A stretch of DNA of 32,000 nucleotides. Origin: Mucisphaera calidilacus. GTDB lineage: Bacteria; Planctomycetota; Phycisphaerae; Phycisphaerales; Phycisphaeraceae. Of the stretch, positions 9,437-18,020 are shown piece by piece (position 1 is the stretch's first letter; each line of letters opens with the position of its first letter). The notes under the pieces are model-generated. The model had not been told where the DNA came from. It was given only the letters and a program-made list of their open reading frames with translations, and ran no database searches. Where the stretch lies: positions 2,250,001 through 2,282,000 of the forward strand of contig NZ_CP036280.1 in NCBI RefSeq assembly GCF_007748075.1, given 5' to 3'. The position numbers were made by a program, and so were the translations under genes.

Positions 9437-10882
9437 ATGTCTGAGACGGCGACGTATGACCTGGTTGTGATTGGCGGCGGTCCCGGCGGCTATGTGGCGG
9501 CGATTCGCGCGGCGCAGCTGGGGATGAAGGTGGCGTGCGTGGAGCGTGACCGTCTGGGCGGTGTCTGTCTGAACTGGGGGTGTATCCCGACCAAGGCGTT
9601 GATCGCGGGGGCGGAGTTCTACCACCGGCTGACGCACGAGGCGGAGGAATGGGGTGTGAAGGCGGAGGGTGTGACGCATGACTGGGGGCGTGTGATCGAG
9701 CGTTCTCGAGAGGTGGCGGGTCAGCTGAACAAGGGCGTGGGCTTTCTGCTCAAGAAGAACAAGGTGACGCACATTGAGGGGCACGCGTTTATCCCGTCTG
9801 CGGGGAAGGTGGAGATTTACGCGTCGGACGACAGCGAGCGTCAGGGTTCGGTGAAGCAGGTGCTGGAGGCGGGGAAGATCCTGATCGCGACGGGTGCGCG
9901 GCCGAGGCCGTTGCCGGGGGCCGAGTTTGATGGCAAGCGGATCATCGGTGCGAAGGAGGCGATGACGCTGACCGAGCAGCCCAAGTCGATGGTGATTGTC
10001 GGCGCGGGCGCGATCGGGATGGAGTTTGCGTATGTCTACAACGCTTACGGCACGCGGTGCACGGTGGTGGAGATGATGGACCGCGTGCTGCCGATCGAGG
10101 ACACCGAGGCATCGGACGTGGTCGAGCGTGCGTTCGGCAAGATGGGCGTCACGGTCAAGACGGGTCACAAGACTCTGTCGCTGGAGAAGACGGATGAGGG
10201 CGTGCGTGCGACGGTGGCGCCGGCGGACGATGAATCGAAGACCGAGGTGCTGGAGGCGGACGTGGTGCTGGTGGCGATCGGCGTGATGGGCCGCTACGAC
10301 GGTCTGTTCGATGCGTCGCTGGGCGTCGAGACGTTCAAGGATCACATCAAGGTGGATTACCGCAGCGCGGGCGCGGACTACCAGACGTCGGTTCCGGGGA
10401 TTTACGCGATCGGCGACGTGATCGGCCCGCCCTGGCTGGCGCATGTGTCGTCGGAGGAGGGCATCGTGTGCGTGGAACGGATGGCTGGTCACGAGGTCGA
10501 GGACATCGACTACGACGCGATTCCGGGCTGCACGTACTGCCAGCCGCAGGTGGCGTCGGTCGGTCTGACCGAGCGTGCGTGCGAGGAGCAGGGGATTGAG
10601 TATGTGGCGAGCAAGTTCCCGTTTGCTGCGTCGGGCAAGGCGCAGGCGCTGGGCGCGACCGAGGGCTTCTGCAAGCTGATCTCGGGCAAGAAGCACGGCG
10701 AGGTGCTGGGTGCGCACATGGTGGGCGAGGGCGTGACAGAGCTCATCGCGGAGATTGGTCTGGCGATCAAGCTCGAGGCGACGATGGACGAGGTGATCGG
10801 GACGATGCACGCGCACCCGACGCTCTCGGAGGCGACGCACGAGGCTGCGCTGGGCGCTCAGAACCGGATGATCCATTTTTAA
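9437..10882 (+). CDS. lpdA: Dihydrolipoyl dehydrogenase (E3)
   Basis: YDLVVIGGGPGGYVAAIRAAQLG, redox-active disulfide GGVCLNWGCIPTKAL, second Rossmann motif MVIVGAGAIGMEFA, C-terminal HAHPTLSE interface motif. Confidence 0.93.
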   Translation: MSETATYDLVVIGGGPGGYVAAIRAAQLGMKVACVERDRLGGVCLNWGCIPTKALIAGAEFYHRLTHEAEEWGVKAEGVTHDWGRVIERSREVAGQLNKGVGFLLKKNKVTHIEGHAFIPSAGKVEIYASDDSERQGSVKQVLEAGKILIATGARPRPLPGAEFDGKRIIGAKEAMTLTEQPKSMVIVGAGAIGMEFAYVYNAYGTRCTVVEMMDRVLPIEDTEASDVVERAFGKMGVTVKTGHKTLSLEKTDEGVRATVAPADDESKTEVLEADVVLVAIGVMGRYDGLFDASLGVETFKDHIKVDYRSAGADYQTSVPGIYAIGDVIGPPWLAHVSSEEGIVCVERMAGHEVEDIDYDAIPGCTYCQPQVASVGLTERACEEQGIEYVASKFPFAASGKAQALGATEGFCKLISGKKHGEVLGAHMVGEGVTELIAEIGLAIKLEATMDEVIGTMHAHPTLSEATHEAALGAQNRMIHF

Positions 10883-10939
10883 CCAGCGGTCTGTTCGCGG
10901 TGCCTAGTATCAGTCTTCACGCACCCCTTATGGAGACTG

Positions 10940-11548
10940 ATGATGGTGATGACAGCTTCGACGATGCTTGGCCTGGGCACGCAGGCCCCGGATTTTTCGC
11001 TGCCGGACACCGAGGGCGGGACGGTGTCGCGTTCGGATTTCGCGGGCAAGCCGCTGCTGGTGGTGTTCATGTGCAATCACTGCCCGTTCGTGAAGCACGT
11101 GGCGCGTCAGCTCAAGGCGCTCGGGGATGATTACATGCCGAAGGGCGTGGCGATGGTGGGGATCAGCGCGAACGACGTGAGCACGCATCCCGATGATTCG
11201 CCTGAGAACATGAAGTCGGAGAAGGCGGCGCGTGGTTACGCGTTCCCTTATCTCTATGACGCGGACCAGTCGGTGGCGAAGGCGTACACGGCGGCGTGCA
11301 CACCTGACGTGTTCCTGTTTGATGCTGAGCACAATCTGGTCTATCGGGGGCAGTTGGACGAGACACGGCCCAAGCGGCTCGATTCGGGCGCGTATGACTA
11401 CGACCATCCGGCGTCGGACGGGAAGGACCTGCGTGCGGCGCTCGACACGATGCTCAATGGCGGGTCGATCCCGGCGGAGCAGACGCCTTCGATGGGGTGC
11501 AACATCAAGTGGAAGGCGGGGAGCGAGCCGAGCTACTTCGGCGGTTGA
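10940..11548 (+). CDS. Thioredoxin-fold thiol-disulfide oxidoreductase (AhpC/TSA-redoxin-like)
   Basis: APDFSLPDTEGGTVSRSDFAGKPLLVVFMCNHCPFV (CxxC in a redoxin context), then GISANDV...HPDDSPENM...YAFPYLYD...TPDVFLFD. Several in-frame ATG/GTG codons at 10940-10964 leave the exact start uncertain. Confidence 0.8.
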   Translation: MMVMTASTMLGLGTQAPDFSLPDTEGGTVSRSDFAGKPLLVVFMCNHCPFVKHVARQLKALGDDYMPKGVAMVGISANDVSTHPDDSPENMKSEKAARGYAFPYLYDADQSVAKAYTAACTPDVFLFDAEHNLVYRGQLDETRPKRLDSGAYDYDHPASDGKDLRAALDTMLNGGSIPAEQTPSMGCNIKWKAGSEPSYFGG

Positions 11549-11552
11549 GGCT

Positions 11553-12281
11553 CTAACGGGTCAGCAGATCGATGAAAGACTGGATGCCGCGCTCGGTCGC
11601 CCGATCGAGCGCGGTTTTTTGATCGCGTGGGTCGGCGATCGCGGGATCCGCACCGTGATCGAGCAGGAGGCGAGCGATGTTGAGGGCGGGTTCGCCTTCG
11701 GCGACGCAGCGGTGGAGCGGGGTGTGGTTTTCGGGGTCTTTGGGGATGGTGTGGTTGGCGTTGGCACCGGCGTCGAGCAGAACGGCAACGGCTCCTTGGC
11801 TCAGGGCGCGGATGGCGTGGTGGAGCGGCGTGCGGGCGGCGTTGTCAGGGGCGTCGACGCGTGCTTCGCGTTCGATGAGCAGGGAGAGGGCGTCGGCGTG
11901 GCCGGCGGCGGCGGCGTTGGTGAGGGGTGAGCGTCCGTCGGCATCGCGGACCTCGATCTCGGCGCCGGCGTCGAGGAGTTGGGTGATGATGGTGGTGTCG
12001 CCTCGGCTGGCTGCGAGGTGGAGCGCCGTTCGCATGGCGTGAAGCGGGGTTTCGAACCGTGTTCGCCCGTCGGGCATGGCACCGAGGTCGAGGAGGAGCG
12101 CCACGGTCTGGGGTGATGCGACTTCGGCGGCGAGGTGGAGCGGGAGGCAGAGTTCGATGCCCCAGTCGCGTTGCTGCCCGACGTGGGTGTGGAGCACGCG
12201 TTCGTTGGCTGCAACGAGTTCGCGGATGGTTGAGTCGTCGTTCTGTTCGATGGCTGCGAAGAGGTCGGCGGGTCGGACCAT
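11553..12281 (-). CDS. Ankyrin-repeat protein
   Basis: At least 5 tandem ~33-aa ANK repeats, for example TALHLAASRGDTTIITQLLDAGAEIEVRDADGRSPLTNAAAAGHADALSLLIEREARVDAPDNAARTPLHHAI. Confidence 0.9.
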   Translation of the reverse strand: MVRPADLFAAIEQNDDSTIRELVAANERVLHTHVGQQRDWGIELCLPLHLAAEVASPQTVALLLDLGAMPDGRTRFETPLHAMRTALHLAASRGDTTIITQLLDAGAEIEVRDADGRSPLTNAAAAGHADALSLLIEREARVDAPDNAARTPLHHAIRALSQGAVAVLLDAGANANHTIPKDPENHTPLHRCVAEGEPALNIARLLLDHGADPAIADPRDQKTALDRATERGIQSFIDLLTR

Positions 12282-12400
12282 GGGTCATTTCCTGAAATCG
12301 GGTTGATAATCAGATGTTAGAGCACCCCCCTGCTGCGTGCCGCGCCATGTGTCTTTACAATCGGGTCCCGAGTTCAGTTTGACGCTTGCAAGGATCACAC

Positions 12401-14248
12401 ATGGCAGCAGATGCGACCAGCGGCAGTAGCGGTAACGGCAAGTCGGCGGCCCGACGTCAGCGCAAGGCCGAGCCGTTGCTGCTGGAGTGTGCGTGGGAGG
12501 TCTGCAACCAGGTGGGCGGTATCTACACGGTGCTGCGGTCGAAGGTGCCGAGCATGGTGAGTCGGTGGGGGAACCGTTACTGCCTGATCGGCCCGTACCT
12601 GCCGGGCAAGGCGCAGGTGGAGTTCGAGCCGCGTCCGCTGATCGGCGCGTTCGGGACGGCGGTGAAGGCGCTCAACGAGGCGGGCATCGAGGCGCACTAC
12701 GGGCGTTGGCTGGTGACGGGTCGTCCGAACGTGGTGCTGGTGAATCACATGTCGGTGTTCCGCTACCTCTACGACGTGAAAGGTCGGTTGTGGCGTGACC
12801 ACAACATCCCGACGCCTTCGGACTCGGAGGAGATCAACAACGTTGTGGCGTTCGGCGAGGCGGTGCGTTACTTCCTGACGGTCCTGGCGCAGCAGGAGTC
12901 GGACAAGCGTCCGTTCATCGCGCACTTCCACGAGTGGCTGGCGGGCACGGCGATCCCGATGCTTCGTCAGGAGCAGTGGCCGGGTGCGCTGGTGTTTACG
13001 ACACACGCGACACGGCTGGGGCGTGTGCTGGCGATGGAGCACCCTGAGTTTTACGCGCACCTGCCGTTCCTGGACGCGGACGCGGAGGCGAAGCATTATA
13101 ACCTCGAGACGCAGCACCAGATCGAGACGGCGGCGGCGCACGGCTCGCACGTCTTTTCGACGGTGTCGGACATCACGGGTGACGAGTGCACGAATCTGCT
13201 CAAGCGCTCGCCCGACGTGCTGCTGCCCAACGGCCTGAACATCCAGCGTTTCGCGGCGTTGCACGAGTTCCAGAACCTGCACGCGAAGTACAAGGAAGAG
13301 ATCCACGAGTTCACGATCGGCCACTTCTTCCCGTCGTACTCGTTCAACCTGGACACGACGCTCTACTTCTTCACGTCGGGTCGCTACGAGTTCCAGAACA
13401 AGGGGATGGACGTGACGATCGAGGCGCTGGCGCGTCTCAATCACCGGCTCAAGGCGAGCGGGTCTCCGGTGACGGTGGTGTTCTTCATCATCACGAAGGC
13501 TCCGGTGCGTTCGATCAACGTGGCGGCGCTGGAATCGCGTTCGATGCTCAGCGAGTTCCGGGACGTGGCGGACGCGATCAAGGAGCAGGTGGGCGAGGGT
13601 CTGGTGCTGGCGGCGGCGGAGGGGCGTGTGCCGGACCTGAATGATCTGGTGGACGAGTACTGGCGTCTGCGTCTGCGGCGTTCGCTGCACGCCTGGCGTC
13701 GTGACTGGCTGCCGCCGATCGTCACGCACGATCTGGTGGACGACCAGACGGACGACGTGCTCAACGCGCTGCGTCGCTGTCACCTGTTCAACGGCCCGCA
13801 CGACCCGGTCAAGGTCGTCTATCACCCGGCGTTTATCACGAGCACGAACCCGCTGTTCGGCATGGAGTACGACCACTTCGTGCGCGGGTGTCACCTGGGT
13901 GTGTTCCCGTCGTACTACGAGCCTTGGGGGTACACCCCGCTGGAGTCGATCGCCTTGGGCGTGCCGGCGTTGACCTCGGACCTTTCGGGTTTCGGGTCGT
14001 ACCTGATGCAGCTGATGGCGGATCACGAGGACCGCGGCGTGGGGATTATCGAGCGTCGGTACCGCGACTTCCACGCCACCGCGGATCAGATCTGCGATCA
14101 GATGTTCCGGATGTGCCAGTTGTCGCGGCGTGAGCGGATCTCGCTGCGGAACAAGGTCGAGTCGTTCTCGGAGCACTTCGACTGGCACAACCTCGGGCGT
14201 CGGTACCACGAGGCGCACGCGTTGGCGCTGGACCGCGCGGGGGTGTAA
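12401..14248 (+). CDS. Eukaryote-type (GT3 family) glycogen synthase
   Basis: The ORF track starts at TTG 12386; ATG 12401 is preferred. LLLECAWEVCNQVGGIYTVLRSKVPSMVSRWGNRYCLIGPY closely matches the animal/fungal glycogen synthase N-terminus as I remember it (FEVAWEVANKVGGIYTVL...YFLVGPY). Also AHFHEWLAG, FTTHATRLGR, FPSYYEPWGYTPLES and the C-terminal SRRERISLRNKVESFSEHFDW. Confidence 0.9.
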   Translation: MAADATSGSSGNGKSAARRQRKAEPLLLECAWEVCNQVGGIYTVLRSKVPSMVSRWGNRYCLIGPYLPGKAQVEFEPRPLIGAFGTAVKALNEAGIEAHYGRWLVTGRPNVVLVNHMSVFRYLYDVKGRLWRDHNIPTPSDSEEINNVVAFGEAVRYFLTVLAQQESDKRPFIAHFHEWLAGTAIPMLRQEQWPGALVFTTHATRLGRVLAMEHPEFYAHLPFLDADAEAKHYNLETQHQIETAAAHGSHVFSTVSDITGDECTNLLKRSPDVLLPNGLNIQRFAALHEFQNLHAKYKEEIHEFTIGHFFPSYSFNLDTTLYFFTSGRYEFQNKGMDVTIEALARLNHRLKASGSPVTVVFFIITKAPVRSINVAALESRSMLSEFRDVADAIKEQVGEGLVLAAAEGRVPDLNDLVDEYWRLRLRRSLHAWRRDWLPPIVTHDLVDDQTDDVLNALRRCHLFNGPHDPVKVVYHPAFITSTNPLFGMEYDHFVRGCHLGVFPSYYEPWGYTPLESIALGVPALTSDLSGFGSYLMQLMADHEDRGVGIIERRYRDFHATADQICDQMFRMCQLSRRERISLRNKVESFSEHFDWHNLGRRYHEAHALALDRAGV

Positions 14249-14764
14249 TCAGTTCGGGCTGAGGCCGGTGTCGGGGCGGTTGCGTGAGGCGTTTTCGCCG
14301 AGGTCGTTCTCGGCGAGGAGGGTGAAGAGTTTCTTGCGCAGGAGTTGTGCGGAGAAGAGGGTGTCGTCGGTCTGGATGACGACGACGGGGAGCCCGCGGG
14401 GGCGGACGAGTAGCGGGTAGGCGAACTGGATGTTGAGCTCGGCGGCAAGCAGGCTCTCGCAGAGTTCTTCGAAGGTCCGTGACTCGGAGACCTCGACGGC
14501 GAGGACGTTGCTCTCGGCGAAGGCCATGGCGTTGCGCTGGAGCAGGCGTCGCGCGAGGTCGGCGTTGGAGGTAATGAGGCGGACGACGGCGTGGTCGGCG
14601 GAGTCGATGACCGAGAAGCCGGCGAGGGTGAGGCTCTGGCCGGCGAAGCAGTGGGCGACGTCGAGGAGCTGTCCGACGCGGTTGTCCAGGAAGACGCTGA
14701 ACTGGATGTTGCGTGGCGGCTGGTAACCGCCTGCGGTCGGAGTTTCTACGGGTGCCTGCGTCAT
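14249..14764 (-). CDS. ACT-domain pair protein (small-molecule-binding regulatory protein), function unknown
   Basis: Two beta-alpha-beta-beta-alpha-beta-like halves (IQFSVFLDNRVGQLLDVAHCFAGQSLTLAGFSV...AVVRL and LAVEVSESRTFEELCESLLAAELNIQFAYPL) resemble tandem ACT domains. Coding-like GC3 bias and an ATG start. The family call is tentative. Confidence 0.5.
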   Translation of the reverse strand: MTQAPVETPTAGGYQPPRNIQFSVFLDNRVGQLLDVAHCFAGQSLTLAGFSVIDSADHAVVRLITSNADLARRLLQRNAMAFAESNVLAVEVSESRTFEELCESLLAAELNIQFAYPLLVRPRGLPVVVIQTDDTLFSAQLLRKKLFTLLAENDLGENASRNRPDTGLSPN

Positions 14765-14813
14765 GGTGTCAGCTTAATGATGCGTTCTGCGGGCGTCGAT
14801 GGTTTTTCGGGAA

Positions 14814-15836
14814 TCAGGCGGCGGCTTCGCTGGCGGCCTGCCTGAGGTACCAGTCGCAGGTGCGTTCGAGGCCGGTGTCGAAATCGACGAGGGGTTCGTA
14901 GCCGAGCAGTCCGCGGGCACGATCGATGGAGGCAAGTGAGTGGCGGACGTCGCCTGGGCGTTCGGGCTCGTGGATCGTCTGGAGGCTGGTGCGTCCGAAG
15001 CGTTGGATCATGCCCTCGGCGAGTCGCTGGACGGTGATGGACTCGGCGCAGGCGATGTTGATGGAGACGCCGTCGAGCAGGTCGGGGCGTGTGATGGCGA
15101 GGAGGATGGCGTGGGCGACGTTGGCGACGTCGCAGAAGTCGCGTGACTGTTTGCCGTCGCCAAAGATCGTCGGGGCGAGTCCGTGGCTGAGTCGGTTGGC
15201 GAAGGCGGCGATGGCGGCGGCGTAGGCGGAGTTGGCGTTCTGCCGTGGCCCGAAGATGTTGAAGAAGCGGAGCGAGACCGTGTCGAGGGGCTGGTAGGCG
15301 CGGGCGTAGGCCTTGAGCATCGACTCGCCGGCCACCTTGTTAGCTGCGTAGGGGCTGGCGGGGTCGGTGGGCATGTCCTCGTGCTTGGGGAGCAGTTCGC
15401 TGTTGCCGTAGACCGCCGCGGAGGAAGCGAGGAGGACGCGTCGGACGCCGGTGGTCCGTGCGGCCTCGAGGACGCGGAGCGTGCCGATTTCGTTGACCTG
15501 GTGGTAGCGGGTTGGCTCAGCGACAGACTGGGGCACGGAGCCGAGGGCGGCGAGGTGGACGATGGCGTCGCAGTCGGCGGCGGCCTCTTCGACGGTGGTC
15601 TGGTCGAGGATCGTTCCGCGGACGAAGCGGTAGTGCTCGGCGTCGTCGCGGACGTGCCTGGGATCACCCGTGGAGAGGTCGTCGAGGACGGTCACGGCGC
15701 CGCCAGCGGCGAGGATGGCGTCGATGAGGTGAGACCCGATAAAACCGGCCCCGCCGGTGACCAGCAGGCGTCGTCCGGCGATCTTCGGGGCGTGGAGGGC
15801 GTGCCAGTCGATCGGGCTGTCGATGATGTGCGTCAA
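14814..15836 (-). CDS. NAD-dependent nucleotide-sugar epimerase/dehydratase (extended SDR; UDP-hexose 4-epimerase-like)
   Basis: TTG start at 15836 supported by AGGAG 6 nt upstream; no in-frame ATG lies before the Rossmann motif. LLVTGGAGFIGSHL, ASSAAVYG, catalytic YAANKVAGE, RFFNIFGPRQ. Confidence 0.88.
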   Translation of the reverse strand: MTHIIDSPIDWHALHAPKIAGRRLLVTGGAGFIGSHLIDAILAAGGAVTVLDDLSTGDPRHVRDDAEHYRFVRGTILDQTTVEEAAADCDAIVHLAALGSVPQSVAEPTRYHQVNEIGTLRVLEAARTTGVRRVLLASSAAVYGNSELLPKHEDMPTDPASPYAANKVAGESMLKAYARAYQPLDTVSLRFFNIFGPRQNANSAYAAAIAAFANRLSHGLAPTIFGDGKQSRDFCDVANVAHAILLAITRPDLLDGVSINIACAESITVQRLAEGMIQRFGRTSLQTIHEPERPGDVRHSLASIDRARGLLGYEPLVDFDTGLERTCDWYLRQAASEAAA

Positions 15837-15900
15837 CGGGTGCTCCTGTACGGATGCTATGCCCGGTTTCCATCGGCCAGATCGCGGATTCGGCCTTGGG

Positions 15901-16242
15901 TTAATAACGAGGGACGTTGGGATCGATCCGGGTCGACCAGGCGTCGATGCCGCCGGCCATGGAGGCTACCTCGTCGAAGCCCTGCTGGAGGAGGTAGTGA
16001 GCCACATTCAGGGAGCGGATACCGGCGTGGCAGAAGGCGACGACCAGTCGATCCTCGTGCTCACGGAGCTCGTAGAGCCGGGCGGGGATGTCGCCCATGG
16101 GTATGAGGATCGATCCGTTGATGCTGGCGATGGCGCGTTCATCGGGCTCGCGGACGTCGAGCAGCAGGAAGGGTTCGCCCGCGTCGAGCATTCGTTTGAC
16201 CTGCTCGGGGCTGATTTCCGGGGATGCCGGGTCCTGAGGCAT
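15901..16242 (-). CDS. Single-domain rhodanese (sulfurtransferase)
   Basis: The track ORF 15901..16503 has a P/S/T-rich, out-of-context N-terminal extension that overlaps the upstream gene in another frame. The real start is ATG 16242 (MPQDPASPEISPEQVKRMLDAGEPFLLLDVREPDE...). Active-site loop VAFCHAGIRS; C-terminal GGIDAWS. Confidence 0.85.
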   Translation of the reverse strand: MPQDPASPEISPEQVKRMLDAGEPFLLLDVREPDERAIASINGSILIPMGDIPARLYELREHEDRLVVAFCHAGIRSLNVAHYLLQQGFDEVASMAGGIDAWSTRIDPNVPRY

Positions 16243-16267
16243 GAGGGTCGTCTCCGGATGATCGAGG

Positions 16268-16525
16268 TCAGGCGTCGGCGCGGGCGACGTGGGAGTAGGC
16301 GTCGAGATTGAGCACGACGGTCTCGCCGTCGTCCATCCTGAGCACGAGGCGGTCGAGCCAGAGCTGGTTGTCCTTGGCGTGGGCGAACCAGGATCCGGTG
16401 CGGGACTGCTCGTAGCGAACGACGGTGCCGGTGACCGGCTGAGACATGGGCAGGGACCTCGATACGATCTGCTGGGTGACGGTGACGCGGGTGCCGGGCT
16501 CAAACTGGTCCTGAGCGGTGCTCAT
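16268..16525 (-). CDS. Small hypothetical protein (85 aa), probably co-transcribed with the rhodanese
   Basis: ATG with GGAGA 7 nt upstream, GC3-biased codons and a balanced amino-acid composition (MSTAQDQFEPGTRVTVTQQIV...LRMDDGETVVLNLD, beta-rich and SH3/Tudor-like in feel). I recognise no family. It ends 25 nt before the rhodanese start. Confidence 0.55.
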   Translation of the reverse strand: MSTAQDQFEPGTRVTVTQQIVSRSLPMSQPVTGTVVRYEQSRTGSWFAHAKDNQLWLDRLVLRMDDGETVVLNLDAYSHVARADA

Positions 16526-16643
16526 GGCGGTGTTCTCCGTGGTCGAAGGCGATGAGATGTCTTCAGATGTGCTATCTTAGCGATTCGCTCGGGATCGCCC
16601 CGGGACCCGGTTTTTTTGCCCGGGATGGCGATCTTGACCTGCA

Positions 16644-16731
16644 GGACGGGTGTCCGAGCGGCTGAAGGAGCCGGTTTCGAAAACCGGTGTACGGGTTTCC
16701 CGTACCGTGGGTTCGAATCCCACCCCGTCCG
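16644..16731 (+). tRNA. tRNA-Ser (anticodon CGA), class II with long variable arm; CCA not encoded
   Basis: Folded by hand. Acceptor GGACGGG/CCCGTCC plus discriminator G. D arm TCC-GAGCGGCTGAA-GGA. Anticodon stem CCGGT/ACCGG with loop TTCGAAA (anticodon CGA). Variable arm GTACGGG-TTT-CCCGTAC. T arm GTGGG-TTCGAAT-CCCAC. Confidence 0.93.
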
Positions 16732-16747
16732 CTTGGTTCGCACGCCC

Positions 16748-18016
16748 ATGAGGATCTCCATGAATGGCATCCTCCGATCCCTGCTGTGTTCGTTTCTTCT
16801 GTTCGACGCAGCGTCGGTGTTGGCTCAGTCAGCGGAACCGCCGGCTGAGGGGGCTGCCGAGCCGCCTGTCGCGTCGGAGCCCATGGAGGCTGAGGATCCG
16901 GGGCTGATCCGTGGTCTGTCGGAGAGGGTTCTCTCGGACTGGCAGTACGGCTCGTCGGTCAAGGGGAGCCGGCCGTCAGAGTTGCAGGAGCTGAGCACCT
17001 CGAATCTGCAGCCGGTTGAGCAGAAGAACGGCGAGTGGTTTCTGGCCCCTATTCCGGTTTCCAGCCCGCAGACGGGCTTTGCCCTGCTGGGTGTCGGCGG
17101 CTACCTCTTCAGCACCGAGCCGGACAACCCTGAGATGCCGACGTCGATGGTCACCGCGGCGGGGATGTACAGCGAGAACGGCAGTTGGATGGGGCTGCTG
17201 GGCACACGGCTGCACCTGGCCGGCGACAAGTGGCGTATCGAGGGAGGTGGGGGTTACGCGAACTTCAACTACGATTTTTACGGGGTCGGATCGACGCCGG
17301 GCGAGAGTGCGCCACGGATCCCACTTCGGACGCAATATTCGGGGCTTGTGGTACACGTCCTGCGCGAGGTCGCTCCGGACATGTACGCGGGCCCGACGAT
17401 CGGCATGGGCAACATCAAGTCGAACATCCGGACGAACCAGCCTGTGCCGCCGGGGCTGCAGGATGTACTCGAGAGTGACACCACCAACGTCGGTCTTGGT
17501 CTTCGCTACATGTGGGACACACGGGACAATTCGTTGTCGCCGACCGAGGGCTTCCTGCTGGACGCACGGGGCAATGTGAACAACGGTGCCTGGGGCGCGA
17601 GTTTCGACTACGGGTCGCTGGCGGTTGAGTACGCGATGTACCACGCCATCACGGACTCGGGCACACTTGCCTGGCGCATCAAGAACGAGTTCAAGTTCGG
17701 CGATGCGCCCTTCTACGACCTCTCGATGTACGACTTCCGCGGGTACGAGCGTGGCCAGTTCCGCGACAAGTATCTTTTTGGTGCCGAGGTGGAGTACCGT
17801 CAGAAAATCTGGAAACGTCTGGCCGGTGTCGTCTTCACGAGTCTGGGGCAGGTCTCGCCACACTCGTTCGAATTCAGCGTCAACCGCTGGCTGCCCGCGG
17901 CGGGCGGCGGGGTTCGGATCCAGTTAACCGAGAAGAACCCGATGTACTACGCCATCGACTATGCCTATGGCCGAACCGGATCGCAGTACTACATGTCCAT
18001 CGGGCAGGCGTTCTGA
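16748..18016 (+). CDS. Outer-membrane beta-barrel protein, Omp85/bacterial-surface-antigen-like (no obvious POTRA repeats)
   Basis: The track ORF starts at 16616 and would overlap the tRNA. The real start is ATG 16748 (or 16760), giving the signal peptide MRISMNGILRSLLCSFLLFDAASVLAQS. The C-terminal half shows an alternating beta-strand pattern, FRGYERGQFRDKYLFGAEVEYRQ, GGGVRIQL...IDYAYG, and a terminal aromatic (..IGQAF). Confidence 0.65.
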   Translation: MRISMNGILRSLLCSFLLFDAASVLAQSAEPPAEGAAEPPVASEPMEAEDPGLIRGLSERVLSDWQYGSSVKGSRPSELQELSTSNLQPVEQKNGEWFLAPIPVSSPQTGFALLGVGGYLFSTEPDNPEMPTSMVTAAGMYSENGSWMGLLGTRLHLAGDKWRIEGGGGYANFNYDFYGVGSTPGESAPRIPLRTQYSGLVVHVLREVAPDMYAGPTIGMGNIKSNIRTNQPVPPGLQDVLESDTTNVGLGLRYMWDTRDNSLSPTEGFLLDARGNVNNGAWGASFDYGSLAVEYAMYHAITDSGTLAWRIKNEFKFGDAPFYDLSMYDFRGYERGQFRDKYLFGAEVEYRQKIWKRLAGVVFTSLGQVSPHSFEFSVNRWLPAAGGGVRIQLTEKNPMYYAIDYAYGRTGSQYYMSIGQAF

Positions 18017-18020
18017 GGGT

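Noticed and set aside
8444-10876. 810-aa minus-strand ORF spanning purU and lpdA
   Set aside because: Its translation is extremely Arg/Pro/His-rich and low complexity with no recognisable motif. It runs through the purU gene in another frame on the same strand and is antisense to lpdA, and both genes have unambiguous family motifs. This is a typical long shadow ORF of GC-rich DNA.
12395-14218. 607-aa minus-strand ORF opposite the glycogen synthase
   Set aside because: It is an R/V/H/Q-rich shadow frame. The + strand product matches the GT3 glycogen synthase end to end.
16616-16747. N-terminal extension of the outer-membrane protein ORF (similarly 16243..16503 for the rhodanese, 19787..20074 for DeoR, 18978..19064 for the AEC transporter)
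   Set aside because: The extension would be translated through the tRNA-Ser gene, or through neighbouring genes in the other cases. Internal ATGs give sensible N-termini: a signal peptide, the HTH, or the first TM helix.
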